Shown: positions 19,271 through 27,873 of the stretch, in pieces
Position numbering within the stretch: the first letter of the stretch is position 1
Layout: each line of letters starts with the position of its first letter
From: Bacteroidaceae bacterium
GTDB lineage: Bacteria > Bacteroidota > Bacteroidia > Bacteroidales > Paludibacteraceae
DNA: 64,000 bases
Assembly: GCA_963615895.1 (NCBI GenBank)
Contig: CAVEIE010000009.1
Span: 1,455 to 65,454, forward strand
Reading direction: 5' to 3'
Translations under genes and position numbers: made by a program
The notes under the pieces: generated by a model
The model's database searches: none
Told to the model about the DNA's origin: nothing
What the model saw: only the letters and a program-made list of their open reading frames with translations

Positions 19271-20035
19271 ATGGAGATACTCATTACGAACGATGACGGG
19301 TTCAACTCGAAAGGATTGCTTGTCCTTGTACGGCAGATGCAGAAATTAGGGCATGTTACAGTTGTAGCCCCTGATGGTGCAAGGAGCGGACAATCGAGTG
19401 CCATCAGTGTAATGAAACCGATGCGATTGAAGAAGATTGAATGCGCGGAGAACAAGAATGTGGATTTCTATGTGAGCAATGGCACCCCCGCAGATTGCGT
19501 CAAGTTGGCACTTAATGTTCTGTATAAAGACCACTACCCTGATCTTGTGGTGTCGGGAGTTAATCATGGTTCAAATGCATCGGTTAATGTTGTTTACTCG
19601 GGTACAATGGGTGCGATATTCGTAGCAGCAGAGCATAATATTCCTGCCATCGGGTTTTCTCTGTGTGCGCATGAAGCGAGTGCGGACTTTTCTGAGATAG
19701 AGCGTTATATCTGCCCCTTGACAGAGAAATTGTTATCTCGTCCATTCCCTTATGGTTTTTGCTATAACATCAATGCACCGAAGGGACATGTTGCAGGTGT
19801 AAGAGTTACTCGCCAATGCAATGGTTATTGGGAGAAAGAAATAAAAGAGTATGTAGATCCAAATGGCGAACCTTTCTATTGGTTGGTTGGAGAGTTTGTA
19901 AACTGTGAACCTGACAACGAAGATACCGACGAGTGGGCTTTATCGCATAGGTATATTTCCATTACGCCCACTTCTATTAATATGACAGATAATAGATGGA
20001 ACGATTTGATAGATATTGGATTGGTATCGTTATAG
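19271..20035 (+). CDS. surE: 5'/3'-nucleotidase SurE
   Basis: ILITNDDGFNSKG and SGVNHGSN motifs. Confidence 0.9.
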   Translation: MEILITNDDGFNSKGLLVLVRQMQKLGHVTVVAPDGARSGQSSAISVMKPMRLKKIECAENKNVDFYVSNGTPADCVKLALNVLYKDHYPDLVVSGVNHGSNASVNVVYSGTMGAIFVAAEHNIPAIGFSLCAHEASADFSEIERYICPLTEKLLSRPFPYGFCYNINAPKGHVAGVRVTRQCNGYWEKEIKEYVDPNGEPFYWLVGEFVNCEPDNEDTDEWALSHRYISITPTSINMTDNRWNDLIDIGLVSL

Positions 20036-20274
20036 GATTGTTGCTGCCTGCTGTGTTTGGTTATCTTTATATTGACCAAATGAATTTGTGGTATGCCCTT
20101 AAAACCTTCCAGTTTCAAGCGGGATCTGTACTTAACAAACTGCTGTTAGTTAGTGTTTTCCCTGATTTGGCGTTATTATTCCTTTTCTACTTGACTGATA
20201 CATGGAAGTTATCTAAAGGGGTGTTGCTTGGAGCAATGCCTTATATTCTTGCGAGTATCTTTGTTTCTATGTAA
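19996..20274 (+). CDS. Small membrane protein (92 aa)
   Basis: It has three hydrophobic segments and overlaps the surE 3' end by 40 nt. Confidence 0.4.
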   Translation: MERFDRYWIGIVIGLLLPAVFGYLYIDQMNLWYALKTFQFQAGSVLNKLLLVSVFPDLALLFLFYLTDTWKLSKGVLLGAMPYILASIFVSM

Positions 20275-20282
20275 CCTCTTTT

Positions 20283-21386
20283 ATGAAGTATTTCATTATC
20301 TCAGGAGAAGCATCGGGCGATTTACATGGGGCGGGGCTTATTAGTCAGTTACAGCGTCTTGACCCTTTGGCAGATTTTACGGGCTTGGGAGGTGACAAGA
20401 TGCAGCGTGCAGGCTGTAAACTTGTGCAGCACTATCGTAATATGGCCTTTATGGGAATAAGTGCGGTGTTGCGTAATATCCATAAAGTAAATGAGAACTT
20501 CCGTTTGACACAAAATGCTTTACTAAACTATCAACCCGATGCGTTGATTCTTATAGATTATCCGTCATTTAATTTGAGGATTGCCAAGTTTTGCAAGAAG
20601 CATCTTCCTTGTGTCAAGATATTCTATTACATCCCTCCTAAAATATGGGCTTGGAAATCGTGGAGGGTACATAATATTGCCGAGTTATCTAACCTTGTAC
20701 TGGCTATTTTCCCTTTTGAACCTGCGTTCTACCGGCGTTATGGCTACGAGGCTTTGTATGTGGGCAATCCTACAATGGACAGTGTTCTGGCGTATCAGCA
20801 AGCAGAGAGCAATATATCTTCGGAGAGGGAACATTGTATTGCCATTCTACCCGGTTCGAGGAAACAAGAGATTGAGAAGTGTCTTCCCACAATGCTGCAA
20901 GCCGCAAGAAATATAGAAGGATACAAGATTGTAGTAGCTGGTGCGCCGAGTATAGAGTCCGCCTTCTATGAGAAGTATCTGCAAGGTGAGCGTATTGTAT
21001 TTGATGAGACCTACCGTTTGCTGTCCCACGCAGAAGCGGCAATTGTCAATTCAGGCACCGCCACATTGGAGGCTGCGCTTCTTCGATGCCCGCAAGTAGC
21101 AGTGTATCATATTGCTTGTGGCAGGTTTTTATGGAATATCAGGCAATTGGTATTTAAGATACCTTTTTTCACCTTAGTGAATATACTGGGGAACAAAGAA
21201 GTGATTAAGGAATATATTGGTCCTCTCTTTACTGCAAGCAATATAGAAAACGGCTTGCGTCAATTACTTACAGATACGGCTTGCCGCAGCAAGATATTGA
21301 AAGATTACGATGATATTGCGGCATTGTTGGGTAATGGCAATGCTGCAGAGAATGCTGCCAAATCTATTGCTAATTACGGTATATAA
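20283..21386 (+). CDS. lpxB: Lipid-A-disaccharide synthase
   Basis: GEASGDLHGA at the N-terminus, PGSR, and 367 aa in length. Confidence 0.85.
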   Translation: MKYFIISGEASGDLHGAGLISQLQRLDPLADFTGLGGDKMQRAGCKLVQHYRNMAFMGISAVLRNIHKVNENFRLTQNALLNYQPDALILIDYPSFNLRIAKFCKKHLPCVKIFYYIPPKIWAWKSWRVHNIAELSNLVLAIFPFEPAFYRRYGYEALYVGNPTMDSVLAYQQAESNISSEREHCIAILPGSRKQEIEKCLPTMLQAARNIEGYKIVVAGAPSIESAFYEKYLQGERIVFDETYRLLSHAEAAIVNSGTATLEAALLRCPQVAVYHIACGRFLWNIRQLVFKIPFFTLVNILGNKEVIKEYIGPLFTASNIENGLRQLLTDTACRSKILKDYDDIAALLGNGNAAENAAKSIANYGI

Positions 21387-21496
21387 TGCGATGTTTAGGC
21401 GAAGTATTTGAGGGCGATTTTCTCCCAAAGTTAGATTATTTTACATTATTATAGGAAATATATTGTAAATTAGTTGCGTAGTTAAAAAAAACATTA

Positions 21497-21504
21497 TAAC
21501 TTTG
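21497..21504 (+). promoter_or_regulatory. -7 promoter box (TAACTTTG)
   Basis: It lies 85 nt upstream of the ATG at 21589. Confidence 0.4.
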
Positions 21505-21588
21505 TAGCGTATTGTGTATCCTTACCCTTTTAAGGATAAGAGTATGTATACGCTTATAAATATATTGTGAAACTAACAATTAGATATT

Positions 21589-23151
21589 ATGAATAAGATT
21601 TCCTCGTTGCTTGTCGCAGGGTTGCTTGTACTGTCTGTGGTAGTTCAAGCCAAGACGAAGCAAGATTCTACCATTAGCAATGATAGTACTCTTGGTATTC
21701 ACCCATGGAAACAAACGAGTAATATGTCTGATGGTTTTGCACACTGGTCATTAACATTTGAAGTGGGTTTTGACTTGATTGATGCAGACTTCAATCGTTC
21801 AGAGGTGACCATTATTCCAAAGACGAAGGTAAGACCGTCCGGCGGTATATCATTGCAGTATGATTTTACGCCCACATGGGGTTTGATGGGTTTATATACT
21901 TATGCCAACTATGGAGTAATGCCGAAGGGTTCGACGGACTGGTTACTCTATGGTCATTTACATTCTTTGGACTTGCTGCTTACATACGACCTTGTAGATG
22001 CATGGTTCCCCCATCGGAAGACCGATATTTTCTCGTGCTATCTTTTGGCAGGTATCGGTATGGCATTCTACAACAGTGAACTGAATGCCGATGCAGGTAT
22101 AGTCAAGCCTCGTACAGATGAGAAGTACGATATGGCAGGGTCTGTAACAATGGGCGTTGCCTTTGAATTCAATATCAGTCGTCCTTTGGCATTGGGTGTA
22201 AAAGGGTTGTATCATGTCTATACCAAAGATAACTTAGACGGTAAGATTCAGGGGAACAGCAATGATTGCCAAGAGTATGTATCTGCATATCTGCGATGGA
22301 AGATAGAGGGACGAAAGAAGAATCACCAACGCAATTTCCCGAGTGATGAAGTGTTTGCATCACGATTGCAAGATAGCGAACAGAACAAGAAGAGAGAACC
22401 GTTGAAAGATACTATCGTTATCATCAACAGAGATACAGTTGTGGTTCAAAAGGAATATGTAGCACAAGAGGTAAAAGAAACCACAGACCGTCAGTATGTA
22501 TATTTTGCCAACGACAAGTATTCGTTAGATGATCTTGCGCTTATTACCATACAGCAGTTTGCAGCAAAGATGCAAGAAGACAGCACTATCTGTGTAGAAT
22601 TGTCGGGTTATTGTGACAACACGGGTAGTGAAAAGCATAACCAAGAATTGTCGCAGCAGCGTGCCAACAGGGTTGCTAAAGAGTTGATGGATATATATGG
22701 TATTTCGGAAGAGCGCATTGTGACAGCAGGTAATGGTGTTCTTTCCAATGTATCGAATTCTTATCTTCCTAATCGTCGTGTAGAGATACGCATTGTTACC
22801 AAAGAAGAATGCAAGCAACTGAAAGAGCAGAGGAAGAACATAGAGAAGGTTCAAACAAGTGAAATTAACGAACCAGAAGAGGAGTCTGCAGGCAAGCCTG
22901 CCATACTGACTACTGTCACGACAAAGAAAAACTCTACTACCCTGTCGCGTCTTGCACGGAAATACTTCGGCAATACAGATTGTTGGGTATTTATTTATGC
23001 CGCCAATAGAGACAAATTGAGTAATCCGGACTATATTCCTGAGGATATTACACTAAATATTCCCAATATCAGTGAGGAACAAAAGAATATCTCGCACGAG
23101 GAGGCAATACAGTTTGTACAAGAGTTAGCCAAAGTATCAGCAAGGGAATAA
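21589..23151 (+). CDS. OmpA-family outer-membrane protein with a C-terminal LysM-like module
   Basis: It has a signal peptide and an OmpA_C motif (SGYCDNTGSEKHNQELSQQRANRV...NRRVEIRIV). A LysM-like segment follows (TLSRLARKYFG...IPEDITLNIP). Confidence 0.8.
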   Translation: MNKISSLLVAGLLVLSVVVQAKTKQDSTISNDSTLGIHPWKQTSNMSDGFAHWSLTFEVGFDLIDADFNRSEVTIIPKTKVRPSGGISLQYDFTPTWGLMGLYTYANYGVMPKGSTDWLLYGHLHSLDLLLTYDLVDAWFPHRKTDIFSCYLLAGIGMAFYNSELNADAGIVKPRTDEKYDMAGSVTMGVAFEFNISRPLALGVKGLYHVYTKDNLDGKIQGNSNDCQEYVSAYLRWKIEGRKKNHQRNFPSDEVFASRLQDSEQNKKREPLKDTIVIINRDTVVVQKEYVAQEVKETTDRQYVYFANDKYSLDDLALITIQQFAAKMQEDSTICVELSGYCDNTGSEKHNQELSQQRANRVAKELMDIYGISEERIVTAGNGVLSNVSNSYLPNRRVEIRIVTKEECKQLKEQRKNIEKVQTSEINEPEEESAGKPAILTTVTTKKNSTTLSRLARKYFGNTDCWVFIYAANRDKLSNPDYIPEDITLNIPNISEEQKNISHEEAIQFVQELAKVSARE

Positions 23152-23229
23152 CAGGCTGCTTTTGCAGATAAAAACAGAATCGTGCAAAATTAGTTGTATC
23201 GATTGTTTGCATAATTCAGCAAATTGTTC

Positions 23230-23237
23230 TACCTTTG
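23230..23237 (+). promoter_or_regulatory. -7 promoter box (TACCTTTG)
   Basis: It lies 59 nt upstream of tRNA-Met. Confidence 0.45.
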
Positions 23238-23295
23238 CCGCGCTTTTGTTCGAAACGCTGTTGTAATCGCAGCAGCGTGGAAAGAATAGGCAGCA

Positions 23296-23370
23296 GGTCT
23301 CATAGCTCAGTTGGTTAGTAGCACCTGACTCATAATCAGGGGGTCGTAGGTTCAAGCCCTACTGAGACCA
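23296..23370 (+). tRNA. tRNA with anticodon CAT (elongator Met type; Ile2/lysidine not excluded)
   Basis: GGTCTCATAGCTCAGTTGGTTAGTAGC-A-CCTGA-CTCATAA-TCAGG-GGGTC-GTAGG-TTCAAGC-CCTAC-TGAGACCA. Confidence 0.9.
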
Positions 23371-23387
23371 CAAGACATAAATTATTA

Positions 23388-23427
23388 AGAATAAGGTACT
23401 TACGAGTTGGCTCGAGTACCTTATTCT
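23388..23427 (+). terminator. Strong hairpin downstream of the tRNA
   Basis: AGAATAAGGTACT / AGTACCTTATTCT is a 13-bp perfect stem, followed by GCATTTTAT. Confidence 0.6.
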
Positions 23428-23488
23428 GCATTTTATACTATACTTTGACACAATTCTTTGTAAACCCCAATAGATAAAGGGCAAAGAG

Positions 23489-23540
23489 GGTACATTTGGG
23501 GTACATTTGAAAACACACAAAACCGTGCAAAAACCGTGCA
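23489..23540 (+). promoter_or_regulatory. Two pairs of 11-nt tandem direct repeats upstream of int (GGTACATTTG x2; AAAACCGTGCA x2)
   Basis: GGTACATTTG lies at 23489 and 23500, and each copy contains a TACATTTG -7 box. AAAACCGTGCA lies at 23519 and 23530. Confidence 0.5.
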
Positions 23541-23575
23541 ACTTTTTCATACAACTAAATTCAACAGTATATATC

Positions 23576-24766
23576 ATGGCAAAACTATCTGTATTTATTG
23601 ACAAGAGAACACCAAACTCAAAAGGCTTGTTCCCGATTAAGATACGCATAAACAATGGCGCAAGTGCAACAACAGTCAGTTCTAAAATTTATGTGTTAGA
23701 AAAAGCATTTACCGGCAATCCCGAAAAAGTAGTGGAAAAGACTTATCCTAATGCGGTTGTAATAAATACCCGCATTAAGGAACTATATCTCGAATATGCA
23801 GTGGCGATTACTGATTTAGACCATGAGGGGAAACTGCAACGAATTACTGCAGCAGGTATTAAGGACTATGTATTGAAGAGAAAACAAGGCGATGTCCCTG
23901 AAACTACTTTCTCGGCAGAAATAGAACAGTATATTTCAAACTGCCGCTCACCAAAAACGAGAGAGGGGTATGTATATGCTCGCAATATGCTCTATAAGTT
24001 TATGAAAAAGACTACGGTTCATTTTGACGAACTGACTTACCAGGCAATAGTCGATTTTGACCGCTGGATGGAGCGACAAGAACTATCTATAAACACGCGC
24101 GGTATTGTTATGCGTTACATCCGCTCGGTATTCAACTCCGCTATCAAGGCAGATAAAATTTCACCTAATACCTACCCGTTCCGCAAGTTCACAATCAAGA
24201 GAGCGCAAAAAGAAAAGGAGTTCCTTACGCTTGACGAAATACAGAAACTGCGCTCACTCGAACTGAAAGGTATGCGAGCCGTGGCACGGGACTTCTTTAT
24301 GCTATCTTTCTATCTGTGTGGCGTGAACCCGACAGACCTGTTCCATTTCCCGAAAGCAAACAAAAAGGGCAACCTCGTCTTTGTCCGACAGAAGATTGCC
24401 CATACAGAGCCTATGCCTCTGCACCTGCATATTCAGCCGGAGGCGCAGGAGATAATAGACCGCTATGCAGGGAAAGAACATTTGCTGTCTTTTATTGAAC
24501 GATACTATGAATTTGAGAACTTCCGGAGAAAACTAAGCAAACAACTGAGGGATATAGGCAAACTCATAGACCGTCGTCTCTATTTCTATTTGGCACGCTA
24601 CACTTGGGCAACCTTTGCCGACCATGTAGGAGTGTCGCACGATGTCATCAGCAAAGCCCTCGGGCACTCTGACAAAAGCACCGCTGAAAAGTACTATATC
24701 AGTTTCAACTGGGACAGAGCAAATGCCGCCAATCGGCAAGTGATAGATTATTTGGCGTGTAAGTAA
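23576..24766 (+). CDS. int: Tyrosine-type site-specific integrase
   Basis: Start chosen at MAKLSVFIDKRTPNSKG, a Bacteroidetes Arm-binding-type N-terminus. The C-terminal catalytic pattern is ARYTWATFA...ALGHSDKSTAEKYY (R...HxxR...Y type). Confidence 0.85.
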   Translation: MAKLSVFIDKRTPNSKGLFPIKIRINNGASATTVSSKIYVLEKAFTGNPEKVVEKTYPNAVVINTRIKELYLEYAVAITDLDHEGKLQRITAAGIKDYVLKRKQGDVPETTFSAEIEQYISNCRSPKTREGYVYARNMLYKFMKKTTVHFDELTYQAIVDFDRWMERQELSINTRGIVMRYIRSVFNSAIKADKISPNTYPFRKFTIKRAQKEKEFLTLDEIQKLRSLELKGMRAVARDFFMLSFYLCGVNPTDLFHFPKANKKGNLVFVRQKIAHTEPMPLHLHIQPEAQEIIDRYAGKEHLLSFIERYYEFENFRRKLSKQLRDIGKLIDRRLYFYLARYTWATFADHVGVSHDVISKALGHSDKSTAEKYYISFNWDRANAANRQVIDYLACK

Positions 24767-24865
24767 CTCCCTAACAGTTTTTGCACCCCGAATTGAAACG
24801 GGGTATAGGCTTGTATTTCCCTATACCTGTTATGATGAGTTGCTGACTTATCGGTGTGGTGTCTG

Positions 24866-25150
24866 CTATTTTCGGTTTAGTCTTTGCCATAGGTCTGTGT
24901 ATTTGTGGTTCAGCCATACCAGTAGTATGCCGAACCAGTTCGACAAATATGCCATTGCGAACGATAGCAGAATAGCGGCTACTATGTCATACTCTGCCCA
25001 ATATAGTGCAATGAGGGTCGCCCAAAACGACAGGCACTTGGGACACTTGCACACCCTGCCTGCCACAGACACTATCGCCTGCGGCAGACCTAAGTGTACG
25101 CCTATCGTTGCCGACATCATCACCGCTATTGCTATCAGTACCTCAATCAT
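24866..25150 (-). CDS. Small 3-TM membrane protein with a CKCPKCLSFW motif (DUF1360-like)
   Basis: It has hydrophobic segments flanking CxCxxC followed by FW. This resembles the CPxCxxxW signature of DUF1360 phage membrane proteins. Confidence 0.45.
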   Translation of the reverse strand: MIEVLIAIAVMMSATIGVHLGLPQAIVSVAGRVCKCPKCLSFWATLIALYWAEYDIVAAILLSFAMAYLSNWFGILLVWLNHKYTDLWQRLNRK

Positions 25151-25181
25151 CTTTCATTTTTGCTTCGGGACTGCTTCGGGG

Positions 25182-25607
25182 TTAGCCTGTTGTGACGGCG
25201 ATACTCAACGGGGTTTCACTCACAAAGGTGCGGCTGCATTGTTGGCACGCCGAGGTGGATACTGCATTGACCGTTGCCCCTGCCGTTATCGTTACTGCCG
25301 TGGGAGCTGTCGCCGACGCAATAGGAATGGTGCAAGTGCCGTTGAGCGGTTGCGACTTGGTACTGCAACAGCCGCCGTTGCATGGCACATACGAGATAAT
25401 ACCCTGCACACGGATAGTGGCTGCATACTGTCCCGTGCCTACCTGCGATACGCCTACCAGCGAGAACTGTGGGGCGAAGACGGGTGTGTTCTCCGCACAG
25501 GTCGGGAAGCATAGCCGCTGCGTGATGTTGAGTTGGTAATAGTACGGACTTGCCGTGCTGCCCGCTGCCAACACGGGCGTGATGATTGGCGATTGGATTT
25601 TGTTCAT
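25182..25607 (-). CDS. Cys-rich beta-type hypothetical protein (141 aa)
   Basis: It has 9 Cys, including PCNGGCC and CQQC, and is rich in T/S/A/V/G. No known motif. Confidence 0.45.
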   Translation of the reverse strand: MNKIQSPIITPVLAAGSTASPYYYQLNITQRLCFPTCAENTPVFAPQFSLVGVSQVGTGQYAATIRVQGIISYVPCNGGCCSTKSQPLNGTCTIPIASATAPTAVTITAGATVNAVSTSACQQCSRTFVSETPLSIAVTTG

Positions 25608-25640
25608 ACTCTTTGGCTGTTAAGAGTGGCTGCTGTCTAT

Positions 25641-25835
25641 TTACTCTATTATATCGGAAGTGTCGCCGGCAGCATTAGGCTCTTCCTCTTGGGGTGGCAC
25701 AAGTGAGGCATAAAGCACGCCGACCATCTCGGCGAGTTTGTCCACTTTCTCGTGCATGGTGTTCATGTCCTCCGACATGGTGACGATATTCTCGTTGATA
25801 CAATCGAATATCGTGCGGGGTTGTTTCGTTTCCAT
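25641..25835 (-). CDS. Hypothetical acidic protein (64 aa)
   Basis: Its ATG overlaps the stop of the upstream gene (TAATG at 25833-25837). Confidence 0.4.
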   Translation of the reverse strand: METKQPRTIFDCINENIVTMSEDMNTMHEKVDKLAEMVGVLYASLVPPQEEEPNAAGDTSDIIE

Positions 25836-26026
25836 TAGCGTAAAAAATTAGAGATTATCGGATTGCTGCCCCATTGGTCGAGCAGCGTATTCAGTCGTTG
25901 TGCCGTGACGGCTACGCCTCGCTCCCGTTGCCGGTTGACAAAGGCTTTCATGGCACTCTGCAAGCGGTCGGCTTCGTCCTTGCTCTCAGCATAGACATAC
26001 ATATCTATCTTGTAGGGTTGCAGCAT
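25835..26026 (-). CDS. Hypothetical protein (63 aa)
   Basis: Compact helical-looking ORF, tightly packed in a minus-strand gene string. Confidence 0.4.
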   Translation of the reverse strand: MLQPYKIDMYVYAESKDEADRLQSAMKAFVNRQRERGVAVTAQRLNTLLDQWGSNPIISNFLR

Positions 26027-26032
26027 AGGTCA

Positions 26033-26374
26033 TCAGGGTATAGGTGGTACATCGGCAGGGGCGGAGGGTACGGACACGCCCGCTTTGCCCGTGAGGGTGC
26101 GCAGGAGGTTGTAGTAGCCGAGCACCTTGTCTTGGTTGCCGTCTATCCATCCGAGGACGCCGAGTGCCGTGTCTTTGACCTGTGAAATAGCGGAGGTGGT
26201 CGGCGGGTCGTAGTCGGGCATATTGGGCATATCTTTCATAAAGTAGTCGCAGACCTCTGTGGCGGCTTTTACATCGCCCCCGCAAACAAGCAACGCCGAG
26301 CGTTTGAGTGCGTCCTTGGAGGTGGTTTGCAGCAGCGTGGTGTCGTAGGTGATTTTGTTCCCGAATAGTGCCAT
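26033..26374 (-). CDS. Hypothetical protein (113 aa)
   Basis: Ordinary composition. It is the first gene after the terminator at 26486-26522. Confidence 0.45.
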   Translation of the reverse strand: MALFGNKITYDTTLLQTTSKDALKRSALLVCGGDVKAATEVCDYFMKDMPNMPDYDPPTTSAISQVKDTALGVLGWIDGNQDKVLGYYNLLRTLTGKAGVSVPSAPADVPPIP

Positions 26375-26485
26375 GGTGGGTGTGTTTTAGGTTGGAGGTA
26401 ACTCGTAGGTGTCCTGTATCTGACCCGTGTTTGCTTTGGAGTTGGTATAGTGTTCCTATAGTATTCGTATAGCAAAAGCGGGTGT

Positions 26486-26522
26486 GAAAAAGGTAGCACC
26501 TCCGGGGATTGGAGGCACTACC
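26486..26522 (-). terminator. Rho-independent terminator (minus strand)
   Basis: On the minus strand, GGTAGTGCCTCC...GGAGGTGCTACC (5+5 bp with an internal 2-nt mismatch) is followed by TTTTTC. It lies immediately after the stop of the 159-aa gene. Confidence 0.55.
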
Positions 26523-26530
26523 TTTCGGGT

Positions 26531-27010
26531 TTAGTTGCCGCAAGTGTCGCAACCGCAGGGTTGGGGTGCGGAGTAGCGTTGCACACGCAAGAAGTTCTCG
26601 CTGCCAATAGCGGAGTTGATACCGCTGTTGTTGTTCTGTGCCAAAGCATACGCCACGGCTTCGGCTACGGCGTTGGCACTGACGCTCGGGTTGGAGGTCG
26701 CCTGCGACTGCACATCGACATACTGTTTGACGGTCGGGGTCTGCAAGTTCTGCCATGTCTCACGGGCGTTGCGCTCGCTCAGGGCAAATTGCGACACAAG
26801 ACTGAGTGCGTCTTTGTTGCCTGCCACTGCCTGCTCGGCTGCCTTTGCACGAGCCTCTGAGGCTTTGTTAATACCCCAGCCAAGACCGATAGCGAGCAAC
26901 AATGCACCGCCACCAAGACCGGCTGCCAGACCGATTGCCGTTGCGCTTTGTCCATGGGAGTTGTGATGTTTGGTCATCATCATAACATCGGACGGAGTTA
27001 GTTCTGCCAT
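26531..27010 (-). CDS. Membrane protein with a glycine-zipper TM segment and a C-terminal CGCDTCGN
   Basis: It has a GLAAGLGGGALLLAIGLGWG segment and an Ala/Gln-rich helical remainder. Confidence 0.5.
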   Translation of the reverse strand: MAELTPSDVMMMTKHHNSHGQSATAIGLAAGLGGGALLLAIGLGWGINKASEARAKAAEQAVAGNKDALSLVSQFALSERNARETWQNLQTPTVKQYVDVQSQATSNPSVSANAVAEAVAYALAQNNNSGINSAIGSENFLRVQRYSAPQPCGCDTCGN

Positions 27011-27109
27011 AATGGTGTGTTTTTGCCGCCTCTAATACCTTCGGCGATTGGTATCGAAACAATGACTGTTTCGACGCTGCAAAGGTACGGCGTTTGTGCA
27101 ACACGGGCA

Positions 27110-27415
27110 CTATGGTTCTTGGAGAGTTGTCGACAACTTGTTGGCTATATGTTGGGCAATTAGTCGGAAAGTGGCGGAGGAACGCTTGTAGATTTGGAAG
27201 TTGACAAGGTAAGCATAGACGGTCTCGGTGTGCTTGCGGGCGAGAAAACGGGCGATGTCGTTGGCACAAATACCATATTGGTGGCTGAACCAAACAAACA
27301 GCGTGCGGGCATACAAGACCTCCGTTGGCTTGCACTTGCTTCGGATGAGTTCGACTGGCGTTTCGCAGTAGTCTGCTACTACTTGCAGGATGTGGTGGAG
27401 AATTTGGCTTTTCAT
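27110..27415 (-). CDS. Small HTH protein resembling the DnaA C-terminal DNA-binding domain
   Basis: The pattern YARTLFVWFSHQYGICANDIARFLARKHTETVYAY parallels ARQIAMYL...IG..FGGRDHSTVIHA of DnaA domain IV. Confidence 0.5.
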   Translation of the reverse strand: MKSQILHHILQVVADYCETPVELIRSKCKPTEVLYARTLFVWFSHQYGICANDIARFLARKHTETVYAYLVNFQIYKRSSATFRLIAQHIANKLSTTLQEP

Positions 27416-27442
27416 GGATAGGGGTATTTAGTGTTGTTATGT

Positions 27443-27853
27443 TTATTCTCGCAGGTAGGCTTCGACCTCGTGGCGGAACTCGTCTATTGTGCGGCAGACG
27501 ACCACCTTGTTGCCGTAGGCTTCCAGGCGGGGAATAAGTTCTTTCTGATGGTCGGACAGTCTGCCCGCTTTGCCGTTTTTCATTTCGATATAGAGGCTCG
27601 CAAAGCCATTGCGGGGGATAGGTATGCAGAGGTCAGGAATACCATGCACCACACCCTCCGCCACCAACTTGCGGGCGGTCGTCTTGGTCGTGTACGCCCC
27701 GTTCGGAATAGCATAGCACAGCACATCGGGGTGCTGGTAGCGCAGCCAACGCAGGCACTCCACCTGCAGGGCGTGTTCGCTCTGTGCCGCCTTGCCCTTG
27801 TTGGCTTTGTCCCAAAGGGCGTGCAACTCATCTATAGTATATGCGGTCGGCAT
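27443..27853 (-). CDS. VRR-NUC domain nuclease
   Basis: It has a PD-(D/E)xK-type pattern GIPDLCI...LYIEMK and the characteristic LRWLRYQHP...IPNG N-terminal part. Confidence 0.75.
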   Translation of the reverse strand: MPTAYTIDELHALWDKANKGKAAQSEHALQVECLRWLRYQHPDVLCYAIPNGAYTTKTTARKLVAEGVVHGIPDLCIPIPRNGFASLYIEMKNGKAGRLSDHQKELIPRLEAYGNKVVVCRTIDEFRHEVEAYLRE

Positions 27854-27873
27854 AGTATCGGGCTATGAGGCTA

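Noticed and set aside
24840-26756. Long ORFs 24840-25514 (+, 224 aa) and 25986-26756 (-, 256 aa) in the int-proximal region.
   Set aside because: Their composition is Arg/Cys/Gly/Pro-rich and low in complexity, typical of wrong-frame reading in GC-rich DNA. They overlap several compact, better-looking ORFs and the terminator at 26486-26522.
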